From NCBI GenBank assembly GCA_951406725.2, contig OX597818.1:11656001-11720000 (forward strand): a DNA stretch of 64,000 bases, given 5' to 3'. Made by a program: the position numbers and the translations under genes. Below the pieces are notes generated by a model. It worked only from the letters and a program-made list of their open reading frames with translations, made no database searches and was not told the origin of the DNA. Origin of the DNA: Octopus vulgaris (Eukaryota). Every line of letters starts with the position of its first letter. Positions within the stretch are counted from its first letter, which is position 1. Shown here piece by piece: positions 39,288-52,127 of the stretch.

Positions 39288-39687
39288 TCTTTATATATAA
39301 AAGAGAGGTTGTGTGCTGTCTGTCTCCTACGATTTAGATTCCTAACTACTCCCACATTTTGCGGTGCAGTGTAACCAAAACCGGGTATCTTATAGTCGTG
39401 ATTCATATCGAGCCTTTCTGGGTATTAGCGCGCGTCTACGATGAGTCTACGATTTAAAAAAAAAATTACCATCATTTTTTTCCATTTTAATGCATTTTTT
39501 CGCTATTATATAAGGGAAGTAACTCTCTAAAAATGTCTACGATGAGTGAACGATTTTTTTTAAAAATTACCATAATTTTTTCCCATTTTTAATGCATTTA
39601 TTTGCTATTTTTTGGCTATAACTCTTTAAAAATGCTTATATAGTTATTTCCCTTACAAACCCGAGCAACGCCGGGCGATACTGCTAG
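39288..39687 (+). mobile_element. non-autonomous Helitron
   Basis: A|TC start; 3' cccgagcaacgccgggcgatactgCTAG|T identical to the end of 26424-26939. Confidence 0.88.
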
Positions 39688-41032
39688 TATATAAATATAT
39701 ATATATATATATATATGGATAAAGATTGGATAAAGACGCACATATATGTTTGTGGTGAAAGAAGAGGGTGGTAGATTTTGATTGTTCGTTATAACAATAT
39801 TATATTGTACTCCACTTGATATTTGTTGTCGTACTCGTCGTCGTTGTTGTTGCTTTGTACTCAGGTCATACGTGGGGAAGACTTACGGACGACTGACTCC
39901 CAACCGTTACCGCCCAGTTTCTTTTTCTCTTTTGTTATTTTTCAACAACAGCTGGAGCAATGTTTCTCAAATGTTTAATGCTGTATTCAAAATTGAATTA
40001 AATATCTAATGCGGTGTGGGACGAAGAACATTATTAGTTCAATGATTCATAATATTTTAATCATTTAGGCAAGTAAGGGAAACAACTTTGAACATGATTT
40101 GTGTCAGTATTATCAAACCTCGTAAGCAAACATAAAATTCATAAACTACTTCCATCTATAGTTAATGAGAGGATCCCTTGTTTTGGCATACAATATGTTA
40201 AATCGAGTTTGATATGCTTAGCGAGCCAATTTAGAAATTTCTGCCTGCCTGAAGTAGCAGATATATTTCCCCATAACACACTTGTATTAAAAAAGAGAAA
40301 GACATATTAATTAATGTAGCCCCAAGCACACTATAACTGAAACATAATGCATGGTAGATCATGGCTGAAATGCCTTCGATAGCTCTTTTTGGTCAGAGCT
40401 AACCTGGTCTCTAAACCAGTCATGAGCAAATTGCGTCCAACGGGACTTTCTGAATGGTACGCGTAACGAAAATTTACCTTGAATTTTTTTTGTTAGTAGT
40501 ATGTCTCACCTGATAACGACCCATGGCTCATGCAGTTCGCTTCTCGAAAAAGATTGCCCGGTCTTGGTCTATATAATAACTATTCGAAAACTATTTTACC
40601 TACGGAGAAGCCTTTATGTAGTCTCCTAAAATGCTTGAACTCATCGTTGTATCTCCTCCAAATCACACTTTTATGGTCCCAGAAAAGGAGAAATAATCGC
40701 GGTTCGAGTGTTTTTGATTATAGATGTGTCCAATTGAAGCTGATCTGATACAAAAAATATCAGCAGCTACAGCGACCATGAATCCACGATGGAACGTTTA
40801 ATTGTTCACTTCATCTGTGAGAACATATACAAATCTCCCTCAAAACAAACTTTAACAACCTAAAAAGGAGAAGACACACTAGATAATGTAGTAGGTGGCC
40901 CTTGATAATAGTTGTGGTTGGAATACCTTCTTGACCTCAAGTCTGCACCGCCGGCGCAGAATGAAGGATAGAGAACAACACAAACAATAACAAAAGAAAA
41001 TTACATTCGATAATGTTGTGCTAAGTAAACGA

Positions 41033-41350
41033 TGGCGCGTAGCCTAGTGGTTAGGGTATTTGGTTCATGATCGTAAGATCGTGAGTTCGATTCCCTGCGG
41101 CGCGTGTGTCCTTGCGCAAGACACTGTATTTAACGCTTCTTCAGACCGCTCAGCTGGCAACGATGTGTAGTGTCTGTATTTTAAAGGGCCAGCGTTGTCA
41201 TGTTATTTGTCAAGCTAAATCTCCCTGAGTACTACGTTAAGGGTATGCGTGTCAGTAGAATGCTCAGCCACTTGCACGTTAATTTCACGAGCAGGCTGCT
41301 CCGTTGCTCGAATCAACTGGAATACTTGCCGTCGTAACCAACGGAGTGTC
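41033..41350 (+). mobile_element. tRNA-derived SINE, third family
   Basis: 'tggcgcgtagcctagtggttaggg...gagttcgattccc' A/B boxes; body shared with 33174-33541. Confidence 0.85.
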
Positions 41351-41942
41351 AGTGTGAAGTAAGTCATGTTAAAACTAAAGCTGAGTTAGTCATAGGTTTA
41401 TTCGATAAGGGTAATGAGACAGTAAAGATACTGCAAGAGTTCAAGAGTGCTGTTGTGGTCCTCCGATATCGCTCGTAGACGTGGTCTCCCGAACCTGACC
41501 CACGAGAAAATTATTGAGGAAGACGTTGGACTACACGGCAAGGTCTTCATGAACGCGATGCATGGAGGAACTTCATGGTGTCAACAACTGGTATTGAATG
41601 ATGAACAAACAAAATCTACATGTGAGAACCAGTTGAAGATTTAATCGACTTAATCGTTTTAAATCAACTTAGCCCCACCTCCGAAATTGCTGGCCTTGTG
41701 CGAAAATTTGAAACCAACAGTTAGTTCTGGCCATTTTGTCTTGTGGTTGACTTTACCTTTCCTGCTTCCCAGGTCGTTAAATAAGTCAAATACTGGTGTT
41801 CATTAAATATTTTAAAGGAATCTTATACACTCGATTCACTTTTTGCATGGAGGATACGTCCCAGAAACTACCGTGCAAAATATAACCGTGTAAAAAATAT
41901 ACAGTGTACATATGAAAATTAGAGATAGGTTCCATCCAAATA

Positions 41943-42265
41943 TCTATATATATAAAGATGAAAATGCGTGTGTGTGTGTGTCTGTCTATGTGTCTATGTG
42001 TGTGAATCCCTAAAACTCGAGAACTAAACAACCGATTTCATTAAAAATTTACATATGCCTTACTTAGGGTCCATGTAGTGTCATGAGCCAAAAGAATTTC
42101 AACTTCCTGCCTAATGCGAGCCCAGCACAATCTCTTATCTCGTCCACTATTTCAGTATTATGTGTCAAAATTGAAACAATAACATTTATCTATTGTAATG
42201 TCAGATACTTTCACTTTAATAGTTTCACTATCAATACTGAAACTATTAAAGTGAAACTATTATTT
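41943..42265 (+). mobile_element. Helitron-like 5' end (3' end not seen)
   Basis: A|TCTATATATATAAAG..gtgtgtctgtc..aaccgatttca..aaattt start, like the other Helitron copies. Confidence 0.55.
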
Positions 42266-42281
42266 CACATACATACATACA

Positions 42282-42360
<79 letters not shown>

Positions 42361-42364
<4 letters not shown>

Positions 42365-42789
42365 ATGGGGAGGTCAATTCGTAAACAACTGCTATGACCT
42401 ACTTTGCTCGTGTAGTCTGAAAGTCTGGAATACAAAGTTATTGTCCTTTGTTCCGTCAGATTCTGGAAGGATTAATGAGTTTTGAGGCGATCTTTGGCCT
42501 TGTGCCGGTCAGGGAAAGTTCGAGGAAGCTACCTTTTAAAAAGCGAACGAGCTGTGAGTTTGGGACACAGTCGGCCGGCAGCTTTAACCAGAGACGGGAC
42601 TGATACCGGGGCAGTCAGTGGAGGAGGACAGACAGGGAATATGAGGGGCTGACGAGCGAGAGAGTGACAGTGAATGTGAAAGAGGAAGACAGACAGATGT
42701 TATTACGGAGCTAAGAGAGAGGGACTACAGTATAAGGGCACTCCGGGTTTTCCGAAGAGTTTGAGCGACGGCAGGTGGTATTCGTAACA
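42361..42789. mobile_element. solo LTR (429 bp)
   Basis: TGTTATG...CGTAACA inverted termini, GC-richer interior, ATAT on both sides within (TA)n. Confidence 0.75.
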
Positions 42790-42804
42790 ATATATATATA
42801 TATA

Positions 42805-43493
42805 ATATTTCCATTCTACAAATTACACAGCCCAAGTGAAATCGAGAGGAAAATCAGAGAAAAGAATTTTATTGATAAATTCGAACCCAAGCTAAATAAG
42901 CAATAATAATAATACTTAGATAGCAGGAAAATTATTTTATTTAGGGTTAAAAGTTCTATTGCCACCACTATCACCACTAGCAACAATAATTAAGGTGCTG
43001 ACAATGATGATGATGACAATTGAAACATAAAAATATAAAAATCTCTGACAAAGGATATTTACAACATTTCTAAAAATAGCCCAACATTTGCTGCCTCGGC
43101 CAGGGTTAAGATACAGGACTCTTGACATGTCCAACAAAGCGTGACGCCTAAACCAGTCAGCTCAACCAACCAATCAGCTTAAGTAATTGAGTGATACTAC
43201 ACACTGATTGGTCAGAATACAGTTTGCAAAACCTAGCAATCTGGAGCCCACACAGCTGTATTTAAGGCACAGATTCAATCATCTCGCTACAGTAAAAAAT
43301 TGTGAAGCATGACTGTCACCACTACTACATGAACCTGAAGATTGCAGAATTTAATGCATGAAAGTACTAGTTCAATCAGAATGAACATTTAACATTCTAT
43401 TATTTTATTTTATTTTATTATATTATATTATCTTATATCATTATAATATTGTAAATAAAACGTGAAAATCAGACAAGGTTGGAATTCCTTTTA

Positions 43494-43500
<7 letters not shown>
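42805..43500 (+). mobile_element. Penelope-like element 3' end (GIY-YIG C-terminus + terminal repeat)
   Basis: 42805-42906 IFPFYKLHSPSEIERKIREKNFIDKFEPKLNKQ*; CCAAT-like and gtatttaag motifs; HHR at 43330; aataaa near 43454. Confidence 0.82.
43330..43374 (+). ncRNA. minimal type I hammerhead ribozyme
   Basis: tgaac-CTGAAGA-t-tgca[gaatttaa]tgca-t-GAAA-gtac-TA^gttca; stem III is the palindrome AGTACT. Confidence 0.82.
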
Positions 43501-43553
<53 letters not shown>

Positions 43554-43636
43554 TGTATGTGTGTATGTATATATATATTTATATATATTTATTATGTATA
43601 TATAGAGAGGTGTATATATATAGAGAGAGATTTATA

Positions 43637-43779
43637 TGTGTAGATGTATATGTATAGATGTATATGAATAGATGTATATGTATAGATGTATAGTATAGAT
43701 GTATACATATATATATATATATACATCTATACTATTCATCTATACATATACATCTATTCATATACATCTATACATATAC

Positions 43780-43789
<10 letters not shown>
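43637..43789. repeat. fold-back minisatellite centred on (AT)n
   Basis: (tagatgtatatgta)n left arm mirrored by (tacatatacatcta)n right arm, including a variant unit. Confidence 0.85.
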
Positions 43790-43849
<60 letters not shown>

Positions 43850-43850
<1 letters not shown>

Positions 43851-45780
43851 CAATAATTAATCTCTGAACGAGGTATAGACAGTAACTGCACGACAATGTG
43901 AGGTATACTTGCCATCTCAATATGGCTAACCACTAAGGGTGGGTGTTACTGTAGCTTGTAGCCCCAGGAGAACATAGTCTCCATCTGGCTTTAGGCACAC
44001 TTTCTGTGCTCTTATGGTATTTGCAAAGGGAGGTCATCCCTCCCTCGTCAACCTAAGTGATACACACGGACTGCAGTTTCTAAGTATTGACCTGTCGTCG
44101 GCGTACGACAATCACCGGTTTTTGATGAAGGGAAAACTGCAGTCCGTGCGTATCACTTAGGTTGACGAGGGAGGGATGACCTCCCTTTGCAAATACCATA
44201 AGAGCACAGAAAGTGTGCCTAAAGCCAGCTGGAGACGAAGTTCTCAAATTTCTGTACCTACATCGCGTCATGTCTTCGCTATGTTGTGAAAAATGGGGTC
44301 CCAGGCAGAGGAAGGTAATCAGAGATTTCTTCCGGTATAAGGGAGATAATCGCTTTATATTTTTTCAATGAGATGAGTTTTCTTGTTTAAAAATGTTAGA
44401 AATGGTTAAGTTTTGGCTTATATTTTTCAATGAAGAAGGTTTCCTCGTTTAATCTAACTTGTGATGGTGTTCCAATAGCACATTGATAGAATGGAAAGAT
44501 TATAAATTGTGGTAGAAGTTGCTTTGCGCATTTCTCAATATGTTCACTAAAGGGTATCATTCTGTATTCTAGGAATGCAATCTGTTGTCGATGCAGAGTG
44601 CATCTGCGTCTGAGCGATAATCCCGTGGACCCTATGTAGTTTTGGTGGCAGCCCGAGCATCTTATGACATAAATTAGGTTTTCTGAAGCACAAGTAAAAT
44701 TAGATTTGATCTTGAATTTTTGTTCCTCTTTGAAGAGGAATTCTGATCCTTCTAGAATATTTGGGCATGTTGCGCAGTTTGGTCTACCACATTTTGTTTT
44801 ACTTTTGCATCCGTTATTTTAGAAAATAATTTTGCTTTTGTGAGGATCTTTTTTTAGTGATTTACGTTGTTTGTAGCTTTTAATGATTTTATGCATGTTT
44901 AAAATTTTCTTTAATTTGTGGTCCTTATGTAGCATTGGTAAATTCTGGATGATGATGGTGAAGGCTTCTTTGTTTCTGGGGATGTATGTGGATATGTACG
45001 GCAGTATTTTCGGGGAATGTGTGTTGCTGTGTTGAACTTTTCTTAAAGTTTCTATGTCGATTTCTGTTGCACGTCTGATTCCATCCTCTATGAGTTGAAC
45101 TGGGTAGCATCTGTCAATTAGGGTGTTTTTTAATTCTTGTAGTCTAAAGTTTCTGGCATTTTGTTCTGACACTACTGTGCATATCCTTCTTGCAAGGTTG
45201 AAGGGGATGTTTGTTTTAGTATGTCTTGGGTGGCATGAATCAAAAAGTAGATATTGTTTGGCGTCTGTGGTTTAGTAAAATATGTCCGTTTCTATTTTTA
45301 GGTTAATTTTTTAATTAGTATATCTAAGAATGGAAGCTTCTTTTGGTTGTGTAGTTAATTTATATACCAGTATACCTCATAATTATGGACTAGAGGCAAG
45401 TCAGTTCTGGCTGGACCAATTTCCGGAAGAAATACCAAAAAGGATCAGTAAAGAATTCATTACTAAATCGGTTGAATTCATCCTACAAAATAACCACTTC
45501 ATGTTTGACAATACATTTTACCGTCAAAAATCCGGAATTGCTATGGGTACAAGTGCAGCACCAATCATTGCGAACCTAACAATGGGCTACCTGGAGGTAA
45601 TAATATACCAGGAATCTTTATCGACCTTTGGAAACCCCCTTTCCCAATACATAAAAGAGACTTGGAAAAGATTCCTAGACGACTGTTTTATACTCTGGAA
45701 TGAAAACAGATAAACTCCTAAAATTCAAAAGCCTATTGAACAGCGTCAACCCAAATATACAGTTCACAATGGAGTACAAC
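43850..45780 (-). mobile_element. Penelope-like element with 5' inversion and inverted terminal duplication
   Basis: Minus strand: NQKKLPFLDILI..SCHPRHTKTNIPFNLARRIC..; FTCASENLIYVIRCSGCHQNYIGSTGLSLRRRCTLHRQQI (GIY-YIG); IEKYKPKLNHF*. Plus strand 45350-45780: VVNLYTSIPH..GIAMGT..WKRFLDDCF..NIQFTMEYN. Confidence 0.9.
44065..44105 (-). ncRNA. type I hammerhead ribozyme (CCGACGA core variant)
   Basis: Minus strand: tacg-CCGACGA-c-aggt[caat]actt-a-GAAA-ctgcag-TC^cgtg; palindromic stem III ACTGCAGT; downstream of the PLE ORF. Confidence 0.78.
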
Positions 45781-46722
45781 ATGGGACCTTGAAGACTGAA
45801 GATTAACCAGTTATTTAACAAGGCTGGTAGTTGTGGCTCCAAAGCTGGAGATAGTATTCATCGTTTTTTCGACAGTCTCCCAAACCATATACGTGACTTG
45901 TCGCTTCGGATGTATGATTTGACTATGTATGTATGTATGTATGTATGTATGTATGTATGTATGTATGTATGTACGTACGTATGTATGTATGTATGTATGT
46001 ATGTATGTATGTATGTATGTATGTATGTATGTATGGCATGTATGGTGGGATGAGAGACAGATAAAGAAAGAAAGATAAGGAGTGGCGTGGGTGAGGAGGT
46101 AAGTGCGGGAGAAGTTTTCTGTCTTGTTTACTAATATCCAACTCTCACAATACTAAAATATACAGACCCAATCTCCTCATTAGCCTACCTCTGTCATCTT
46201 TAATTAGCAATTAATTACCTACAAGTAATCTATCCAATCAAGTGAGTCTGTTATGATAGCTAATAAGCACCCCCTACTAAGGTTGATTGGTGCTCTTATG
46301 ACGTATATCAGCTATGATCCCATCAGTGCTGGAAATCTATTTTTAGGCGACTTGTTAAGCTCCTTGTTTTCCTTCTTTTTATACGTTCTCCTTTGATGTA
46401 GAAGTATAAAACTTTGTTTTGTTTTTCACGCCTTCCTATTGACGTTCTCCACCTGTCGGCTATGAATAATATCGTTAATAATTTATTATTAGGTGATTCA
46501 ACAGCAGTAGTAGTAGTAATAATAGTGATGGTAGTGATGGTGATGGCTTTGATAATAGACGTTGTTCCCTGCACTTAAACAGAATAATGAATTTCTGGGA
46601 CACGTTGTACCCCACCATCTCATAAGTACTAATTTTATGGTACGTATTCCATGAGTATGCATGAAAGTGTGCGTGATGTTGCGTGCGCGCACACACACGC
46701 ACGCACACTTTCAGGCATACAT

Positions 46723-46773
<51 letters not shown>

Positions 46774-47022
46774 TTCATCCATACCTCCATACATACCTTT
46801 TTAACCTTTATTCTTTACTCGTTTCGATCATTCGATTGCGGTTATTCTGGGGCACTCCCTTGAAGAGTTTACTTGGACAAATCAATCTCAGTGCTGATAT
46901 TTCAAGTCTAGTATTCATTATATCGGTCACTTTGGCCGAACTGCTAAGTAGTGGGTGGACAAATACGAACACAAAAGCGACACGTGTACACATATATACA
47001 TACATATACACTTGTATATGTA

Positions 47023-47252
47023 TGGCGGCGAGCTGGCAGAAACGGTAGCACGCCGGGCGAAATGCGTAGCCGTATTTCGTCTGCCGTTACGTTCTGAGTT
47101 CAAATTCCACCAAGGTCGACTTTGCCTTTCATCCTTTCGGTGTCGATAAATTAAGTACCAGTTACGCACTGGGGTCGATGGAATCGACTTAATCGCTTTG
47201 TCTGTCCTTGTTTGTCCCCTCTGTGTTTAGCCCCTTGTGGGTAGTAAAGAAA
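47023..47252 (+). mobile_element. tRNA-derived SINE, near-consensus copy
   Basis: 'ggcggcgagctggcagaaacggtagcacgccgggcgaaatgcg...gagttcaaattcc...gcctttcatcctttcgg.gtcgataaattaagtacc...gtagtaaagaaat'. Confidence 0.9.
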
Positions 47253-47276
47253 TATATACAGTCGTCTAGGAATATA

Positions 47277-47307
<31 letters not shown>

Positions 47308-47590
47308 ACGCGCATAGCCGAGTAGTTAGGGTATTGCACACACGTTCGCGTGAACATAGTTTCGACTCCCCGAGCGGCTGTGCGATGCATTCTTGAGCAA
47401 AATACCTAATTTCACTCTGCTCTAGTCCACTCTGCTGTAAATGATTAACCCAGCAACGCACGGTCTTTCGGTTCAGGAGAATGTTGGCCTGCCTGCCTAG
47501 CTAGCGAGGTGGCATCATCTGAAAGCTAAAAACAAAGTAAAGTGCTTTGTGACCTGCAATATGTATCAGCATCCGATAGTCTGGTCCATA

Positions 47591-47645
<55 letters not shown>

Positions 47646-47675
47646 CGTGCGTACGTGCGTGCGTGCGTGTGTGTG

Positions 47676-47726
<51 letters not shown>

Positions 47727-47761
47727 ATAAACGCATATATGCATTCACATATATACATATA

Positions 47762-48588
47762 TGCAGGAAAAGCAGTAAAATGTGACAACCGATGCAGTCT
47801 TTATGGAGTTAACACCGAAGATATCACCCACATCATAAGCAGTTGTCTGAAAATATCATCACAGTATTATCTACCGATGAGAGATGACGTTGTAACTAGG
47901 ACACTGTATAACGAGGTCTGTCGAAAGGATAACCCCGAGGTCAAAGAAATAAGAACCTACAGTATGGTGGAAGCCATAGCCATTCATAATATAAAGGAGT
48001 ACTGGTGGAATGTCCCAGTGGAAACCTCAATATAATGTAAACACAACAGACCTGATATAATGATTTGGGATTGAGAAGAGAAACTGTGCACAGTTGTGGA
48101 AATTAGCTGCCCAGCGGATGTTAACATAAAGCTGAAGATCAGTGAAAAAGAAAACACTTACAGTGAACTATTGAGAAATCTGCAGTTACTCTATCCAGAT
48201 TACAAGTTCAGGTTTATACCTGTAATTATTGGCGCACTAGGATATGTAACACACTGCCTAAGTACCAATCTTGAGAAATTAGCCTCCTCAAAATCAGAAA
48301 GAAGAAAGCTGATTCGAAGACTACAGATCCAGTTTATCACTGGAATTGTAAAAATCTGTAAAACTTTCCAGAAGTTTATCATTTAAGTATATAGCATGTC
48401 TAGATATGCAAGTACATGCATGAGAATACATACATAAAACAAAACATACAAATGTGCACATATATATATACATAGGAAAATGCCCTGTTTTTGATGTTGA
48501 AATTTCAATGAAGGAGACTTGGATCTATGTTAGAAACCGGTTCTTTCTCTATTGGCAAGAAATCTTGAAATAAAACTGAATAATGACA
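47762..48588 (+). mobile_element. RLE-type non-LTR (R4/NeSL-like) 3' fragment
   Basis: RCSLYGVNTEDITHIISSC..MRDDVV; CKHNRPDIMIWD; VEISCPAD..EKENTY; PVIIGALG; ORFs 47595-48035 and 48096-48386. Confidence 0.85.
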
Positions 48589-49311
48589 TACATACATATT
48601 TACATACATATATATATATGCATACCCATATATGCGTGTGTGTATGAATGAATGTATGCATGCATGTATACGACAGGTTTTTACATAGTTTCTACCTACC
48701 AGATTCATTCACGATATTGGTCGGTCCGAGACTATAGCAGAATATACTTGTCCAAGAATTCACATAGTGGGACTGAGCCTGAAACCACTTGGTTACAAAG
48801 TGAGTTTTTTAATCACTCTGTCATGAATTCACTATAGAGTATGGCAAATTTTGCGCTCCATATCTCTTTTCTTACTATCATGGGTGCTTACACTGACGAA
48901 GATCTACATCAGTATGACAAAGCCAAAACTCCATTTTCTCCGCTCCGACTGCATATTGGCGGAGGATGAAATCACCTGGACGACTGTTAACTGTTCTGCC
49001 TACGCAACACTTTCATTGCTCCGTCAAGAATGAGAAAGCTACAGAATTGATGGTATTTCATTCTTACCGACGCGTTCATTCCTGATCGCCGCATCAATAG
49101 TCGGTAGTCATTAAGAGGCCACTTCACGTAAGTGTCTTGATCTAAATATGAATATGACCATTCTCCTGATGATGTGAGATGGCAAAATCTAAGTCTGGTA
49201 ACTTCCTCTCAAACCTTCAAAGCTTTAGCTATGTTGTGTACTACCATGTGAAACTACTTGCTTTTATTTTGTATATTTGGTTAATATGCCTTTCAGGAAG
49301 AATTTCCATTA

Positions 49312-49830
49312 TACGAGGGTGACCAGGAAAGTTTATAGTCTGATTATGAAGGAGAGATGCTAGAGCTGTGAAATGATGCATGTATTAATTTCAACACTTC
49401 TTATTAATAACTAATTTGTTTCTTTCCGAGTAAACTGACATCTGACTGATCAAAAAAACTTCGAAAGTAACTAGTAGCGACTTTTCTTTAAAATCGACAA
49501 AATTTGGCATCTTAGTATTATCAAGCACCTGCAGCAAAAGGTTTTAGCCCCCATGGATATTCGTGTTGACATGGTTGCTACATTAGGGGACGACGTTCCA
49601 GCTTTATCAACAGTGTAAAAGTGGACAGCTGAATTTAGGAGGAAAAGGGAGAGTCAGGAAGATGATCCAAGATCTGGACGTGCTGAAACTGCCAGCACTG
49701 AGGAAAACATGGTGTTGGAATATAGGCGATTCACTATACATAAAATAGTCAATGTTATTAACGTATCCCGTGAGAGAGTTGAGATTATTTTGCTCAATGA
49801 ACTTGGCACAACGAGGATTTCTGCTCGGTG
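49312..49830 (+). mobile_element. mariner (irritans-like) 5' half
   Basis: TA|CGAGGGTGACC terminus; DMVATLGDDVPALSTV.KWTAEFRR.RES.EDDPRSGR. Confidence 0.8.
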
Positions 49831-52127
49831 TAATTCAAAAGGGCTAGCGACACTCGGTCTCAACCTAAGACTACTAGGAGTTTGGCCACATTAGAGATAC
49901 AATGTCTGTAGACTATTCAGCTCAAACCGATACCTTACACTATAATTTAAATAATGAGCAGGTCGACTGATCGAAAAGCTGGATACTCGTCGAAATCAAC
50001 GGAGGATCCATTTACTCTTAGTAGAAATATGTCGTGTGGAGATAATAGGATATGAAGCCAGTAATACAAAAGAAAAAGGAAAATAATGGCAGAGAACTGA
50101 GAGTGTTATATAGATGACTCAGCACTGAATCAACCAACAACTGGCCTAACAAAAGCCAATATATCATATGTCAAACGATAACGATTCAGTCAACCTGTAA
50201 GGTATGAAATCTCTAAGTTAGAATGTCACCGAAACATTCCTCTATAAGAATGTGTGACAGTGTAGACTTTTAGTGTCAGCTGTTGTTATTTAGTTCGCGG
50301 TCAGAAGCTTTCGCCTAACAAACCTATGATCAAAGGTTTTTCAGCCATGTTCACTCGTCTTTTTCTGAGACATTGTGTATCTTAGGACTATATTATATGG
50401 CGTCTCTTTCTTTTGAGATGTAACTGCTATTCTAAGCAGATCGAGCGAGCTCTAGTAAAGTTCCGGCTCTAAGTGCGAATATTTGTATGAGAGTGTGTGT
50501 GGATATTGTACCTGATAGGATATATGTATACGTGTGTGTGTGTGTGTGTATGTGTGTGGTGTGCGCGCGTGTGTGTGTAGTATTTGTAAAAATGCTTGCA
50601 TGTATACCTGTATATAGTGCGCTTATGTATATTTGCGTAGGTGCATGTGTATATAATTCGTGATTTTGTAGGAATAGGTGTATGCATACGTGTATGAGTG
50701 TATGTATTTGTAAAGATCTATGTTGAACACATTTCTGTGTCAATGTATTTACATATATGTGTGTATTTGTAATGTGGCTTCTCATAAAAATCCTGCCGCG
50801 GCCTTTGCATCTAATAAATCCATTACGTTCACCTACAGTAATGCTAATCCTGTGTAGATAACATCACATCGTCTACAGATATGCTAATCTCTGGTAAGTA
50901 CCTTACAGAACCATGAAAAACAATTAATGCTGCTGATTGCTTTTGTCAATCTTATTGTTGTGGTTTAAGTTTGTTTCTTGGTCATCGGAAACATTTGGCT
51001 TTTATTGCATCAATGTATTTGTGCGTACATGATTTTCTATTTAACAGCACACCTACACACGCATGCACACCCACACACAAAGAGAAGTCGCTACTAGTTA
51101 CTTTCGAAGTCTTTTTGATCACACGTACACACACACACATATTGTGTGTAGGAGAGAAACAGAGAGAGAGAGATGGGGGGGAGAAAAGGAGATAGAGAGG
51201 TGGGGGGAAGAAAGGGAGAGAGAGAGAGAGTGTGTGTGTGTGTGTAATAACATGATTTTTTTCAGAAGTATTGGTACTTCCAGTTGGAGCACTCTCACTA
51301 AACTCAGCTTTGTCTGAGGTATTTTTCTGACAGGACTAAGCCTCTAATTATTGCGGTATTATCTTGGGGATTTGATTCCCACTGTCCAATTCCTTGGACT
51401 GAAAAGTTGTCTTCATTTCTGATATACCGTTCCCTTTTGCCTGACTTAAACATCATTAATATTCAAGTGATTACTTTCATTGCCTGGATTAATTACTGGT
51501 AATTTAATGTTCTTCAGTAATTCATAATTCATTTTTAGTAAATGAACACCATATATGTTTGTCTTCTGATGACATCATTAAGTACGGAAAATGCAATATG
51601 AAATGTTCAATAAATTTATCTCCAATAACACAAACTGGTTCGGAGATTTCTTAATTTGTCATAAATTTTCCTGATGCCTTCAAATTTGTCGATTACCGTT
51701 TCACTGTGGAAATAAAGAATTTAATTATGAAATTCTCTGTAATATTACTATAACAGCTATTCCTAGAAACCCACCTTAGTCGTGCAAGATAAGAAATTTC
51801 ATGGCAATTTAATGCAACTATATTTCTCTGTTACTGCAACGAGAAAAGTAAAACGTTAAATCTTATTAGAAAACTTCATGCTGACAATATGAGTCGTGTA
51901 GTGAATAAAAAATGAAAGACATCCTACTATAGAAACAGAAAGTACATTATATATCAATAAGCCCTCTTCCGGTGTACACTATGGAAGAAAATTTATCGCA
52001 TGTGAATCCAATATTTTCTAAAAAAAACTATTTCTTTCTCACAGCTGCTGTGTCTATCAATGTGTCTCCTATATCATGCTTATGAAAATCAACGTACCTC
52101 ACAACTATAGCTAAAACCTTGCAACTT

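Noticed and set aside
41033-41105. tRNA gene
   Set aside because: tRNA-derived SINE head continuous with a SINE body shared with 33174-33541
43900-44010. Twister-like motif (ggggctacaagc, UAA, GA) on the minus strand
   Set aside because: P2 and the pseudoknot pairings could not be satisfied
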